From: Archaeoglobus sp. JdFR-37
GTDB taxonomy: Archaea; Halobacteriota; Archaeoglobi; Archaeoglobales; Archaeoglobaceae
Length of the DNA stretch: 64,000 nucleotides
Direction of reading: 5' to 3'
Assembly (NCBI GenBank): GCA_002010215.1
Contig: MTMY01000021.1
Span: forward strand, 1 to 64,000
Each line of letters starts with the position of its first letter. Positions within the stretch are counted from its first letter, which is position 1. Position numbers and translations under genes: made by a program. Below are positions 20,027-29,337 of the stretch, piece by piece. The notes under the pieces are model-generated. The model made no database searches. It worked only from the letters and a program-made list of their open reading frames with translations, and had not been told where the DNA came from.

Positions 20027-20767
20027 TTATTCCTTGGCAAGGTAATCGTAGAGAAAAGCTGCAAGAACTGCTCCAACAATAGGGCCAATGACGTAAATCG
20101 GGAAGAAGCTCCAGAGATTTATGCCACCGAGCAGAAAATCGCCAAGATACGGGCCAAAGGTTCTAGCAGGGTTCAGCGATGAACCGGAGATGTTGCCTAT
20201 GGTTATGATGATTCCTCCGACAGTCAGACCAATTATCAGACCTGCAAACTGTTGCGGAGCCCTTGAATCTACAGCTATACCCATAATAACAAACATCAAC
20301 AGAAAAGTTCCGATGATTTCTGCAAGCATCGCCTGTCCATAACTTATTCCCGGAAACGGTGCTGTTGCTCCAAGCCCACCGATTGTAACTGCATCCATTC
20401 CTGCAGCTGCAGCGAAAGCTAGGCTGCCTAAAGCCGCTCCCACAAGCTGTGCCAGAATATAGGGCAGAACCTCATTAGTTGGAAACCTTTTGGTTGCCCA
20501 CAAGGCAATTGTTACTGCAGGGTTTATATGGCACCCCGAAATCTTCCCAACGGCATAAATTGCTGCTGTTATTGCGAATGCAAAGGCCAAACCGATTGCA
20601 AGCCAATCTCCTAGCCCTCCGAGAGCTCCAATACCTATGTTGAATTCATTGGGCTTTGCCGCTCCGCTTGCAATCATCAGCGTTATTGCTGCAGCTCCGG
20701 GACCAAAGAAGACTAAAATAAATGTCCCAACCAACTCTGCTAAACTTCTTCGTACTAAGTCTGTCAT
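20027..20767 (-). CDS. aqpM: Archaeal aquaporin (MIP family, AqpM-like)
   Basis: SGCHINPAVT and GSSLNPART NPA boxes; six TM segments. Confidence 0.93.
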   Translation of the reverse strand: MTDLVRRSLAELVGTFILVFFGPGAAAITLMIASGAAKPNEFNIGIGALGGLGDWLAIGLAFAFAITAAIYAVGKISGCHINPAVTIALWATKRFPTNEVLPYILAQLVGAALGSLAFAAAAGMDAVTIGGLGATAPFPGISYGQAMLAEIIGTFLLMFVIMGIAVDSRAPQQFAGLIIGLTVGGIIITIGNISGSSLNPARTFGPYLGDFLLGGINLWSFFPIYVIGPIVGAVLAAFLYDYLAKE

Positions 20768-20770
20768 CTT

Positions 20771-20977
20771 TTACTCCTCCATAGCTTCATGACAGATGAC
20801 ACACACAATTCTGGGAATTGTCTTTTTCAGCTTCTTAGCTGGAAATGGATATCCCCCTTCCCATAGCTCGGTCTCTTCCCTCACTAAATGCTCCATGCAA
20901 ATTCCCATGCCGCAAACGATGCAGATGGCAACTGCGTCAATATCTTTTCCCTGCTCTTTGCAAATGTAACATTTCAT
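20771..20977 (-). CDS. Small Cys-rich protein (DUF2180-like)
   Basis: MKCYIC...AVAICIVCGMGICMEH...RIVCVIC. Confidence 0.8.
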   Translation of the reverse strand: MKCYICKEQGKDIDAVAICIVCGMGICMEHLVREETELWEGGYPFPAKKLKKTIPRIVCVICHEAMEE

Positions 20978-21024
20978 AATCGTTCACCCGTTTGTTCACC
21001 TGTTTAAAAAAGAAAAATTGGGGG

Positions 21025-22524
21025 CTAAACTGCCTCTCTCCACTGGCAGTAGTCGTGTCTCACATCGATGAGGGCTGCTGTAGCGCAGTCCTTGCATACT
21101 CTGGCTGGAGCACCTGGAGTTTCTTTGTGCAGAGCAATCACGTTCGTCACCATGGTTGCTGTAACAGGCTCGCTGGTGAGCAAGCACGGATAGTCTGCCA
21201 ATCTCATCAGGGCTGAGAATCTGACAGATATTGCACAGCCTGGATATGCATAGCGCTGCGGGTTCATGAGCACTTCATTTTCGTGTATCGGGTCCAGATT
21301 GACTTCGAAGCCACCCACTTTGGGCACAAGCTTGTCAGCAGAGCCGTTCTTGTTTCTTCTGGCCTTATCTAAGTACTTCCACCCTCTATAGATCATGTCC
21401 ATGAAATCGTGGTTGTGTAGTTCTGCTGCTCCACCTCTCGTGGGATAGAGTTGGACATAGTTGTGGAATCTCTTTGTCAGCAGATCCACAATCATTGGTG
21501 CAGTAAAGCCGTCAAGTTCCAGAATGTACTCCGTTGCAACTGCTGATGCTCCTGTTGCCAGTGACAGTGGCTGATACTCGTTCTTGAAGCCATCAACGGC
21601 ATTTCTCAGCGTTGAATCCATGACTTCTGTAACGGCCTCGATTACCGCCATTATCACGTCATCCTTGCACATGTTGAAGGTTGACTGGGCGATGTGGTGG
21701 GCTATGTCTCCAACACAGTATGCGGGAACAGTTACGATGTTGCCGTAATGTACACCGTCGTCAATTGCCTCCTTAACCGCTCCTTCCATCCTCTTTCTGT
21801 ACCTGCTCATGTATTCTCTCACATCGAAAGACGTGTGGCCCAACTCGTCCATCAGTTTTGCCTGCCCTTCTGTAGGCTGGTCATAGATGAACTGCAACAT
21901 CTCAACTTCCTTCTTCACAGCCTCGTTCAGTGTTGCTCCCTTCTCAATTTCATTTGCAAAGACTTCTCCAATTCCGTAAGAAGTGTTCATGCCCCATGAC
22001 TTGGCAGCAAGAATTGCCTGCTTGTGATGCTCAGGGATATCAAGTGTTTTCAAAATTCTGTTCACAACATTGCTGGTGCTTCCTGGAACTAAAGCAAAGT
22101 CAACAACGCATGTTGGTCCATAAAAACCGCCATACCTCCTGACACATTCCAGCCCTATCAGGGCTTCGCTCTTTCCAATTGCCTCAATAAATGCTTCCAT
22201 ACTCTTCCTGAAGCTCTCGTCCTCATCATACAGAATCTCCAGAATTGCTGGAGTCTGGTAATGCTCAACAAACGGATCGTCCTCAGGCCTGATGGTCTTC
22301 GTCAGGTTCTTCAGAATCTCAAAGTGGGCATTTACTGAATCCACATGCAGTCTGAAAACAGCCTTGCTCTGGTTTCCAACTGCTTTCATTTTGTTTGCAG
22401 CCTCTACATAGGCTTTCACGTCATCTATTACAAACTCTCCTCCTCTTTTCTCTTTAACGGTTTTAACATCGGCCCATTGGGCCGCCATGGCTTCTTCAAC
22501 CATTTTCTCAAAAATCTCTTTCAC
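21025..22524 (-). CDS. DUF2193-family protein (probable metalloprotein)
   Basis: DDPFVEHYQTP, GPTCVVDFA, AKSWGMNTSYG, YCVGDIAHH and C-terminal CKDC...YC motifs; family recalled from memory. Confidence 0.8.
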   Translation of the reverse strand: MKEIFEKMVEEAMAAQWADVKTVKEKRGGEFVIDDVKAYVEAANKMKAVGNQSKAVFRLHVDSVNAHFEILKNLTKTIRPEDDPFVEHYQTPAILEILYDEDESFRKSMEAFIEAIGKSEALIGLECVRRYGGFYGPTCVVDFALVPGSTSNVVNRILKTLDIPEHHKQAILAAKSWGMNTSYGIGEVFANEIEKGATLNEAVKKEVEMLQFIYDQPTEGQAKLMDELGHTSFDVREYMSRYRKRMEGAVKEAIDDGVHYGNIVTVPAYCVGDIAHHIAQSTFNMCKDDVIMAVIEAVTEVMDSTLRNAVDGFKNEYQPLSLATGASAVATEYILELDGFTAPMIVDLLTKRFHNYVQLYPTRGGAAELHNHDFMDMIYRGWKYLDKARRNKNGSADKLVPKVGGFEVNLDPIHENEVLMNPQRYAYPGCAISVRFSALMRLADYPCLLTSEPVTATMVTNVIALHKETPGAPARVCKDCATAALIDVRHDYCQWREAV

Positions 22525-22573
22525 ATCCGATCACCGTATTTTAATTCGATGCTTTCAAGAAATACACTTTGGC

Positions 22574-22646
22574 AGACATGTTTCAGCTTTGAAAGTGGAC
22601 ATGTCTAAAATCATCTATTAATAGTTTGAAAGATGGACATATCCAT
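22574..22646. promoter_or_regulatory. Divergent promoter with three RGACATRTYY palindromes
   Basis: AGACATGTTT (22574), GGACATGTCT (22597), GGACATATCC (22635); CTATTAATAG at 22615. Confidence 0.6.
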
Positions 22647-23321
22647 ATGTACGTTGCAAAAGTTAGAGTAAGCCAACATACATGCTCGCTGGCCGTCGCA
22701 ACACAAGACGGTAGAATGAGCATGGATTTGCTTGAATACATCATTCTCAACGACGAGGACGCCCTTTTTCTTGCGAGAATAACTAGACTCGATGGAGATC
22801 CTAAAAAATATTTCGATATTATCGAGAACCATAGAAGCACCCGGTTTCTTCAGATACTTGAAAAAACTCCTACCACGCTTGATTTTCTTGCAGTTATCAG
22901 GGATGTGAGTGGGATAAAAGCTTTTGAAGACTCGTATTGCTTCATAAAACCACCGATCAAAGTGGAGAATGGAGATAAGATATACACGGTTTTCGCACCC
23001 AGTTTAGCGATGCTGAAGCAAGCATATGATCGGTTGAAGAGGATAGGAAACTGGAGGGTTGAGGAAGTTAAAAAAATCATGGATAACAAGCCTCTGTTGA
23101 CAAGAAGTCAGATGAGAGTCATCAAAACTGCCTGTGAAATGGGGTACTTCTCACCGAAAAGAAGGGCCACAATCAAAGATATTGCAGATGCAATGGGAAT
23201 CGCAAAAAGCACTGCCCACAAACACCTTCATGAGGCAATCTGTAGGATAATAGAGCATTATATGGAAAGCGGAAAGAAACTCGAAGACATTGAAAACTTC
23301 TTCGGTGAAGACTGGAGGTAA
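22647..23321 (+). CDS. HTH-10 (bacterio-opsin activator-like) transcriptional regulator
   Basis: LTRSQ..VIKTACEMGYF.PKR.ATIKDIADAMGIAKSTAHKHL motif. Confidence 0.85.
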   Translation: MYVAKVRVSQHTCSLAVATQDGRMSMDLLEYIILNDEDALFLARITRLDGDPKKYFDIIENHRSTRFLQILEKTPTTLDFLAVIRDVSGIKAFEDSYCFIKPPIKVENGDKIYTVFAPSLAMLKQAYDRLKRIGNWRVEEVKKIMDNKPLLTRSQMRVIKTACEMGYFSPKRRATIKDIADAMGIAKSTAHKHLHEAICRIIEHYMESGKKLEDIENFFGEDWR

Positions 23322-23355
23322 AGGTTTATCTATGTTCGGAGCCATTAATATGTGA

Positions 23356-23570
23356 GCCCCGGTCGAGGAGAGGGTGGAGAAAGCAAGGCTTACGATGAAG
23401 CCCTCAGCAAGACCGGGGGTACACCATGTCGTTAGGTCCCCTGGCGAGCAGGAGCAAAAGCTCCAGCCATGACCCCGGGGCAACCCCGACATGGAACAGC
23501 CCCGCTAGGTCAGCCGCTGGAGGCGGCACAGCCAGCAATGAACTGCGGTGTTAGCTGTCGGGGCACAACA
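23356..23570 (+). ncRNA. Three-hairpin box H/ACA guide RNA (Afu-4-like architecture)
   Basis: Three GC stems with internal pockets and K-turn-like GAG...ATGA motifs, each followed by ACA (23421, 23496, 23565); TTTATCTA upstream. Confidence 0.85.
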
Positions 23571-23681
23571 ATTCCCTTAAACACTCTGGCAATAGTACGA
23601 CCCTCTAGTTATTATTCATAAAAGATTTAATTATTTATATTTTTAAGTAAAGTTTTTTAATGAGTTGAAAAACCTTCAGCC

Positions 23682-24359
23682 ATGAACGGTCTGGAAATCG
23701 TATCATACTTTCTAATTGCTATTACGTCACTCAATTTTATTCTCAACCTTGACAATCATTTGCTTTATGAAAAGATGTCTAAAATGGTAAAACAACTCTT
23801 TGCTTTCTCACTCATTTGGACTGCAATTATACTTTTTGAGTTTCTTGCCGGTTTTATGCACTTTATGGGTTTTGTTTCAACCCATCATGTGGCATTCACG
23901 TATCCTTCTTTTCTTGTCGGATTTCTGCTGATACTCAATATCCTTATCCTCGGCAGTTCTTTCAGATATGGGGTAAAACCTACTTGGAACTCACTGATAA
24001 AATACATGCAGCTCATGGCTTATCTCTGGGTGGTATGGCTATTTTTTGAGAGATCGCCATATATTAGACTCCTCATGCTCTCTTTCTCAGCCCTTCTAGT
24101 TGCAATGACAGGCTATCTAACCATGAAAATGTCCCAATATATGAAAATAAGCCGGTACGTTGTGGACTACATCAATATTGGAAGAGGAGTCTCCATTTTC
24201 TACATCTTTTCTATAATCGAAGGGATTGCCGGAGTATCAGTTTCTTATGACTTCAAAATAGGTTATTACTTCGGTGTTGTGGGGTTAGTTGTGGCAATAG
24301 CGTCAATAGCCGTAATTTTAAAAGACCTCGAGAGTATCGGTCTAGGAAGAATCTATTGA
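23682..24359 (+). CDS. Polytopic membrane protein of unknown function
   Basis: About seven hydrophobic segments. Confidence 0.7.
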   Translation: MNGLEIVSYFLIAITSLNFILNLDNHLLYEKMSKMVKQLFAFSLIWTAIILFEFLAGFMHFMGFVSTHHVAFTYPSFLVGFLLILNILILGSSFRYGVKPTWNSLIKYMQLMAYLWVVWLFFERSPYIRLLMLSFSALLVAMTGYLTMKMSQYMKISRYVVDYINIGRGVSIFYIFSIIEGIAGVSVSYDFKIGYYFGVVGLVVAIASIAVILKDLESIGLGRIY

Positions 24360-24411
24360 GTGAATACCCCTTGCTCGCGCAAGGGGTCTTAGCAGCAATT
24401 GAGAGATAAAT
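24360..24411 (-). mobile_element. ~52-bp IS200/IS605-end-like palindromic element, copy 2
   Basis: Minus strand reads TTTAT-CTCTCAATTGCTGCTAAG-ACCCCTTGC-GCGA-GCAAGGGGT-ATTCAC; homologous to 834-886. Confidence 0.6.
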
Positions 24412-24417
24412 GTCGAA

Positions 24418-25569
24418 TTAATCCTGCAAAAATTCCTTCTCCCGACCGAGTTTTCGTATAATCCCCATTTGTTTCAAAACCAGATTTCTGGCTTTCTCAA
24501 TGTCTGGCTCAATCAGTATTTCTCCATTCTCCATGAACTTCCTCATTAAAGGTTCTTTGCTTTCTGGAGGCTCGTCTTTGTATAGTCTGATTTCATCTTC
24601 AAATCTGGCCCAATCTCTGTAAACCTGCTTCCATCCACCTCTTTTGCCCCTCTTGGCCACAAATTTACCCTCTCTTTCAACGATATCTAGAGCGAAATCT
24701 AGAGGTCTTGCTCCAGCAATAGACGTGCCAACTCCAAAAGCATCTACCAGATCGCGAAGCATGAGTATATCTTCCAGCCCCAGCCCTCCACTGACAACTA
24801 TACCCACATCTTTCCTGCCTCTGATGTCGAGCTCCCATCTAACTTCCTCGACTATCTTCCTGAAATTCCCTCTCCTGGAACTTGGTGTGTCGAGTCTCAC
24901 AGCACTCACTCTCTCAACATTCTCCACCGCCATTATTGCCTCGGTTTTTTCATCGGAGTATGTATCTATCAGAAGTACTCTGGGGACATCTTCATCCACT
25001 ACTTCGTCAAAAGCTTTCCAAGCATCTACCTGGCTTCCAAAGGAAATTATTAATGCGTGGGGCATTGTGCCTATGCTCTTAATACCAAGGTACTTCTCTG
25101 CGGCGAAATTGCTGACACCATCGACACCACCAATATATGCTGCTCTCTCGATCATTGCTGCAAGAGCAGGGTGCTGTCTTCTTGTTCCAAAAGATAAAAC
25201 TCCCTTATCTCCAGCTGCAAGTTTAGATTTGAACGCCTGGGTTGCAATGCCACTGGCATGACAGATAAATCCAAGCAGAGGCGTCTCAAGCCGGGCAAAC
25301 TCAAGATAATCTCCAATAATTGTTATCACAGGTTCATGGGGGAAAAAGAGAGTTCCTTCAGGCATTGCATAAACATCAACATTTTTCCCCTCGAGGAGAT
25401 GAAGTACATCCTCCAGCCCGACAAATATGCCCCATGAGCCTGTTGTTACTTCAGCAACAACTTTGGGGTTTACTCCTTTCTCCTTAAGTACCTTCTCAGT
25501 CCATATAAAGTACTTATCAGTGGTAACACCATTCTTTACATCCTCTTCACTTACAATCCTGAACTTCAT
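24418..25569 (-). CDS. pncB: Nicotinate phosphoribosyltransferase
   Basis: TDKYF, SFGTRR, GTMPHA, VRLDTP and SGG motifs. Confidence 0.9.
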   Translation of the reverse strand: MKFRIVSEEDVKNGVTTDKYFIWTEKVLKEKGVNPKVVAEVTTGSWGIFVGLEDVLHLLEGKNVDVYAMPEGTLFFPHEPVITIIGDYLEFARLETPLLGFICHASGIATQAFKSKLAAGDKGVLSFGTRRQHPALAAMIERAAYIGGVDGVSNFAAEKYLGIKSIGTMPHALIISFGSQVDAWKAFDEVVDEDVPRVLLIDTYSDEKTEAIMAVENVERVSAVRLDTPSSRRGNFRKIVEEVRWELDIRGRKDVGIVVSGGLGLEDILMLRDLVDAFGVGTSIAGARPLDFALDIVEREGKFVAKRGKRGGWKQVYRDWARFEDEIRLYKDEPPESKEPLMRKFMENGEILIEPDIEKARNLVLKQMGIIRKLGREKEFLQD

Positions 25570-25847
25570 ACTCCACACCCACAGGGATTTTTGTGACAGC
25601 GGGAACAGCGATTAGGGTACTTCTTTTTTACCTCTTCTTCAAGGTTTATATCCAGCAGATTGGCAAGGCTTACAAGCCATGCGAACACATCCGCCATTTC
25701 CTCTCCAATACCCTTGCCCTTTCTCAATGATTCAGCCAGCTCTCCAACTTCTTCAACCAGCCAGAGCATCGTAGCTTCTACGCCCCTCTTCCTGTCATTC
25801 TCGTAAAATATCTCTCGGATCATGTCCTGGAACTCTCGGATCTCCAT
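25566..25847 (-). CDS. MazG-like nucleotide pyrophosphohydrolase
   Basis: WLVEEVGELAE...EEMADVFAW; C-terminal CxxC..PCxC. Confidence 0.88.
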   Translation of the reverse strand: MEIREFQDMIREIFYENDRKRGVEATMLWLVEEVGELAESLRKGKGIGEEMADVFAWLVSLANLLDINLEEEVKKKYPNRCSRCHKNPCGCGV

Positions 25848-25849
25848 TT

Positions 25850-26674
25850 TTAAACCCTCACAGGAATCCCTTTTTCCTTCAGATACTCCTTCAGTTCCAC
25901 TATATCAATCTCACCAAAGTGGAAAACACTGGCTGCAAGGCAGGCATCAGCTCTACCATAAACAAAACCCTCATAGAAGTGCTCCTTTGTTCCGGCACCA
26001 CCACTTGCAATCACTGGTATAGACACGTTCTCGCTTATAGCCTTGGTTATCGGCAGATCGTAACCATCCTTAGTTCCATCCCGATTCATGCTAGTAAGCA
26101 GAATCTCCCCAGCACCAAGCTGCTCAACCTTGATCGCCCATTCAATGGCATCCATACCCGTTGGCTTCCTGCCACCATAGATGACTACTTCATACCAAGC
26201 TTTACTCCCATCTTCCATGTGAACAATGTACTTGCCTTTCGAAACATCAAAATTCCGTCTGCAGTCAATTGCCACAACTATACACTGGCTGCCAAAGATA
26301 GATGATGCTTCTCTTACCAACTCGGGATTTTTCACTGCAGATGTGTTTATTGATACTTTGTCAGCCCCAGCTTTCAAGAGTCTGCTTATGTCTTCCACGC
26401 TTCTTATTCCTCCCCCAACTGTAAGCGGAATGAAAACCTCTTCAGCAGTCCTCTCTACCACATCCACCATCGTCTCTCTGGCATGGGCTGAAGCGGTGAT
26501 GTCGAGAAAAACCAGCTCGTCTGCCCCCTCTTCATCATACCGCTTTGCGAGTTCAACAGGATCTCCGGCATCTCTCAAGCGGACAAATTCAATACCCTTG
26601 ACAACCCTCACACCCTTCTCATCCATCGTAACATCCAGACACGGAATTATCCTCTTAGCCAACATTTTACCCAT
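25850..26674 (-). CDS. hisF: Imidazole glycerol phosphate synthase cyclase subunit
   Basis: [18 protein letters not shown] and IASGGAG motifs. Confidence 0.97.
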   Translation of the reverse strand: MGKMLAKRIIPCLDVTMDEKGVRVVKGIEFVRLRDAGDPVELAKRYDEEGADELVFLDITASAHARETMVDVVERTAEEVFIPLTVGGGIRSVEDISRLLKAGADKVSINTSAVKNPELVREASSIFGSQCIVVAIDCRRNFDVSKGKYIVHMEDGSKAWYEVVIYGGRKPTGMDAIEWAIKVEQLGAGEILLTSMNRDGTKDGYDLPITKAISENVSIPVIASGGAGTKEHFYEGFVYGRADACLAASVFHFGEIDIVELKEYLKEKGIPVRV

Positions 26675-26942
26675 ACCTTATTGTGAAATCCTTAAATTCT
26701 CCATCGGCCTTGCCTTCTTTCACCTCAACGCCCTTCACGATTGCCATTGGTGGCCCCTCTTTTATAGCTGACAGAAACTTCTCCAGCCTTCCCTCGTCAC
26801 CCTCCACATTTATGTATACTCTTCCATCTGGCAGATTCATGACATAGCCCTTTAACCCCAGCTCTTTTGCCACCCTCTTCGTGAAATACCTAAATCCAAC
26901 ACCCTGAACAACACCGCTTACGTAAATTTCAAGTCTCTTCAT
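26667..26942 (-). CDS. acyP: Acylphosphatase
   Basis: [11 protein letters not shown]...[11 protein letters not shown] motif. Confidence 0.95.
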   Translation of the reverse strand: MKRLEIYVSGVVQGVGFRYFTKRVAKELGLKGYVMNLPDGRVYINVEGDEGRLEKFLSAIKEGPPMAIVKGVEVKEGKADGEFKDFTIRYG

Positions 26943-27223
26943 CTAATCGTGGCTGTTAAGAGAGATATATTAACCTTATCTAACTTCTCAACAATACACA
27001 ACATTGTATATCTATTATATTACACACAAAATTTAAATTTTGTTAATATAGAACAATGAATTATCTTTCTCCCAAGTATTCAAATTACAATGAAAAAATT
27101 TGAAGGTGTCGGAATTTCTTTGGATAACTTATCTTTGATATTCTGTAGTAAGGTTTGTGTAAATTTGTAATGAATCTACTAAGTGTAGAAAACTTTATTA
27201 ACTTTTCAATACCATTGAAAAAC

Positions 27224-27922
27224 ATGAGCAAGGTGGTGCATATATTACCGGTGGGTATGAACAAAGAGTTGATTATAGAAAGTATAAAGAGAGGCGGCTA
27301 CCCGATACAGAAGGTTTACCTCGTGCTTCCCTCAGACAGTAGCTTCAGCGGTGGCGAAGAGATTCTCAGGAATGCTGAAGAGATTGAAAAAACCTTGAGT
27401 GTTCTCGTGGAGGTTGAAAAAATTTACGTGAATGTCCTAGATGTTTACGGAAGCGCTTTAGAGATTTTAAAAGCGATAAAGAAGGAGTATAACGAAGGGA
27501 ACGAAGTCCTGATAAATGCGACGGACTCAGCCAGGACGCTCACAATATCATGCTACGTTGCGGCGCAGATTTCGGGAAGCAGACTTTACATCGCACTTCC
27601 GAAATACGTGGAAGGCAAGGAAGCTGGTGTGGAGAGGATCGTGGAAATCCCGATTCCACCGCTCAAGAAGATTACCGACGATAAAGTGGACATAATAAAG
27701 GTTATAGAGTCTCAGGGTGGAGAAGTCGAATCAATAAACAAGCTCATAGAGCTTATAGAAGGAAAGATAACGGATCAGAAGAAATACATGGCTCAGAGAG
27801 CCAGAATGAGCTACCACTTGAAGGGGCTGGAAGAGGATGGAATTGTGGAGATGAAGAGGGAAGGCAAGAACGTCAGGATAAGGCTGACGGAGCTTGGCAG
27901 GGCTTACGCCCTTATGCACTAA
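27224..27922 (+). CDS. CARF-like Rossmann + wHTH regulator (Csa3/DUF6293-like)
   Basis: VHILPVG...VLINATDSAR...YVAA N-terminal domain; C-terminal wHTH SYHLKGLEEDGIV...LTELG. Confidence 0.75.
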   Translation: MSKVVHILPVGMNKELIIESIKRGGYPIQKVYLVLPSDSSFSGGEEILRNAEEIEKTLSVLVEVEKIYVNVLDVYGSALEILKAIKKEYNEGNEVLINATDSARTLTISCYVAAQISGSRLYIALPKYVEGKEAGVERIVEIPIPPLKKITDDKVDIIKVIESQGGEVESINKLIELIEGKITDQKKYMAQRARMSYHLKGLEEDGIVEMKREGKNVRIRLTELGRAYALMH

Positions 27923-27955
27923 ATTTTTATAATTTTGCCATTTTTGATGTACTAG

Positions 27956-28597
27956 ATGATTGATATTCTGGCAATAGGCGAAGCCTTAAAATTCAGGAAG
28001 CTGGAAGAGCTACTACTCTCTTTAGATTTCTCAATCTCATTTCGGCCAAATGCTCCGGTAGGATTGGAAAGCATTAACGAAGTGGAGAGAGAGTATCAGG
28101 CAATCCTGCTTTTGAGAGATGCTTTTGAGAGTGAGATTCCATGGCTCTCAATGCTTAAAAAATCCAGATTCACTGTGGCAACTATTGATTTCAGAGCTAT
28201 AGAGAAAATAAGAATGGGTGAGCACTGGCTAGAGATTAACGCGGATGAGAGCAGAGTTGTTGATGAAAAGGGCAGAGATGTTCTAAAACTTTCCTCAGCA
28301 CAGATGAAAGGCAATCCGGTGCTTTATAGAGGTGTTGAAGAAATAACCATCGCTAGAGGCTTCCATATAGAAGCCAAAGGACGGGAGGTTATTTTGAATG
28401 GTGTGAATGGTGTAAAGGCGCTCGTAGGTGATATTGCCATAAGAAGTGGGAGGGATGTCATTTTAGGAGTTATGAATGAAAATACTGCAATTTTCTCATG
28501 TGATGTATTTTCAGATGACGTTATAACGAAAGATAACGTTAGATTTTTGACTAACCTGCTGAACTTCAGACTTACTGGAAGTATTGTGCTGGAATAG
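27956..28597 (+). CDS. Hypothetical protein
   Basis: 213-aa ORF co-oriented 33 bp after the regulator; host-like codon usage. Confidence 0.65.
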   Translation: MIDILAIGEALKFRKLEELLLSLDFSISFRPNAPVGLESINEVEREYQAILLLRDAFESEIPWLSMLKKSRFTVATIDFRAIEKIRMGEHWLEINADESRVVDEKGRDVLKLSSAQMKGNPVLYRGVEEITIARGFHIEAKGREVILNGVNGVKALVGDIAIRSGRDVILGVMNENTAIFSCDVFSDDVITKDNVRFLTNLLNFRLTGSIVLE

Positions 28598-28616
28598 AGT
28601 TGTTTAAGTCAATTAA

Positions 28617-29225
28617 TCAGTCCACAAAGTCCAGGAGTGTTGGATTTGTTTTTCTATCCTTCAGCAGCGAAGCTATGGTTCTGAAATCGCCCTCAAATAT
28701 CTCTCTGAGCTGGGGTTTGTAGAGAATTGCAGCCGGGTGATACGTTGCTATAACCTTCACTTTTCGCCCATTCATTTCGGCATCAAAAACTTTGCCCCTT
28801 ACTTTGGATATTCCGCTGAACGGGATGTTTAATAGCTCGAAGATAAAATTTGCAGAAAATCTACCAAGGCAGACTATGATTCTCGGCTGTATCATCTCGA
28901 GTTGCCTGATGAGGTAGGGTGAGCAAGCATCAATCTCTTCAGGAAGAGGGTCACGATTATTTGGAGGGCGGCATTTCAAAACGTTTGCAATAAAGACATC
29001 CTTTCTACTCAATCCCAAAACCTTCTCTATCATCTCTGTGAGTAGCTTCCCTGCATTTCCCACAAAAGGCCTGCCCTGCCGATCCTCTTCTCTTCCAGGA
29101 GCCTCTCCCACGAATACCACTTCAGCCTTATCGCTACCTTCCCCGGGCACATATCTGGTTTTGGTGCTCCACAACTGGCATTTTCTGCAATTGCTGATTT
29201 CTCTGGCTATCTCATCAAGGGACAT
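28617..29225 (-). CDS. udg: Family 4 uracil-DNA glycosylase
   Basis: CxxC, GEAPG, KCRPPNNR and HPA motifs. Confidence 0.95.
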   Translation of the reverse strand: MSLDEIAREISNCRKCQLWSTKTRYVPGEGSDKAEVVFVGEAPGREEDRQGRPFVGNAGKLLTEMIEKVLGLSRKDVFIANVLKCRPPNNRDPLPEEIDACSPYLIRQLEMIQPRIIVCLGRFSANFIFELLNIPFSGISKVRGKVFDAEMNGRKVKVIATYHPAAILYKPQLREIFEGDFRTIASLLKDRKTNPTLLDFVD

Positions 29226-29337
29226 TGGTGGATGGAATCAGTAGAAACCTTATAAAATTTCTGTTAAGTTCCAAGAATTAAATCCTGAGAAGTGCTAGAG
29301 GTTCTTGAACCAAAAAGGAAAACCAAAAAAGGAAAAA

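Noticed and set aside
23356..23570. SRP RNA or riboswitch
   Set aside because: Too short for archaeal 7S RNA and lacks the helix 8 motif; three ACA-terminated hairpins fit H/ACA
24644..25261. Long antisense ORFs in the track (also 58876-59610, 17061-17600, 26226-26771 and others)
   Set aside because: Shadows of well-supported genes on the opposite strand, with Ser/Phe-rich composition and no motifs
27175..27189. TCTACTAAGTGTAGA matches the stem-loop of a Cas12a-type direct repeat
   Set aside because: Single copy with no spacers or cas genes, and the 5' AATT pseudoknot part is missing; better explained as an operator or chance
26943..27220. Replication origin in the AT-rich intergenic region
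   Set aside because: No ORB-like repeats with G-strings and no cdc6 nearby
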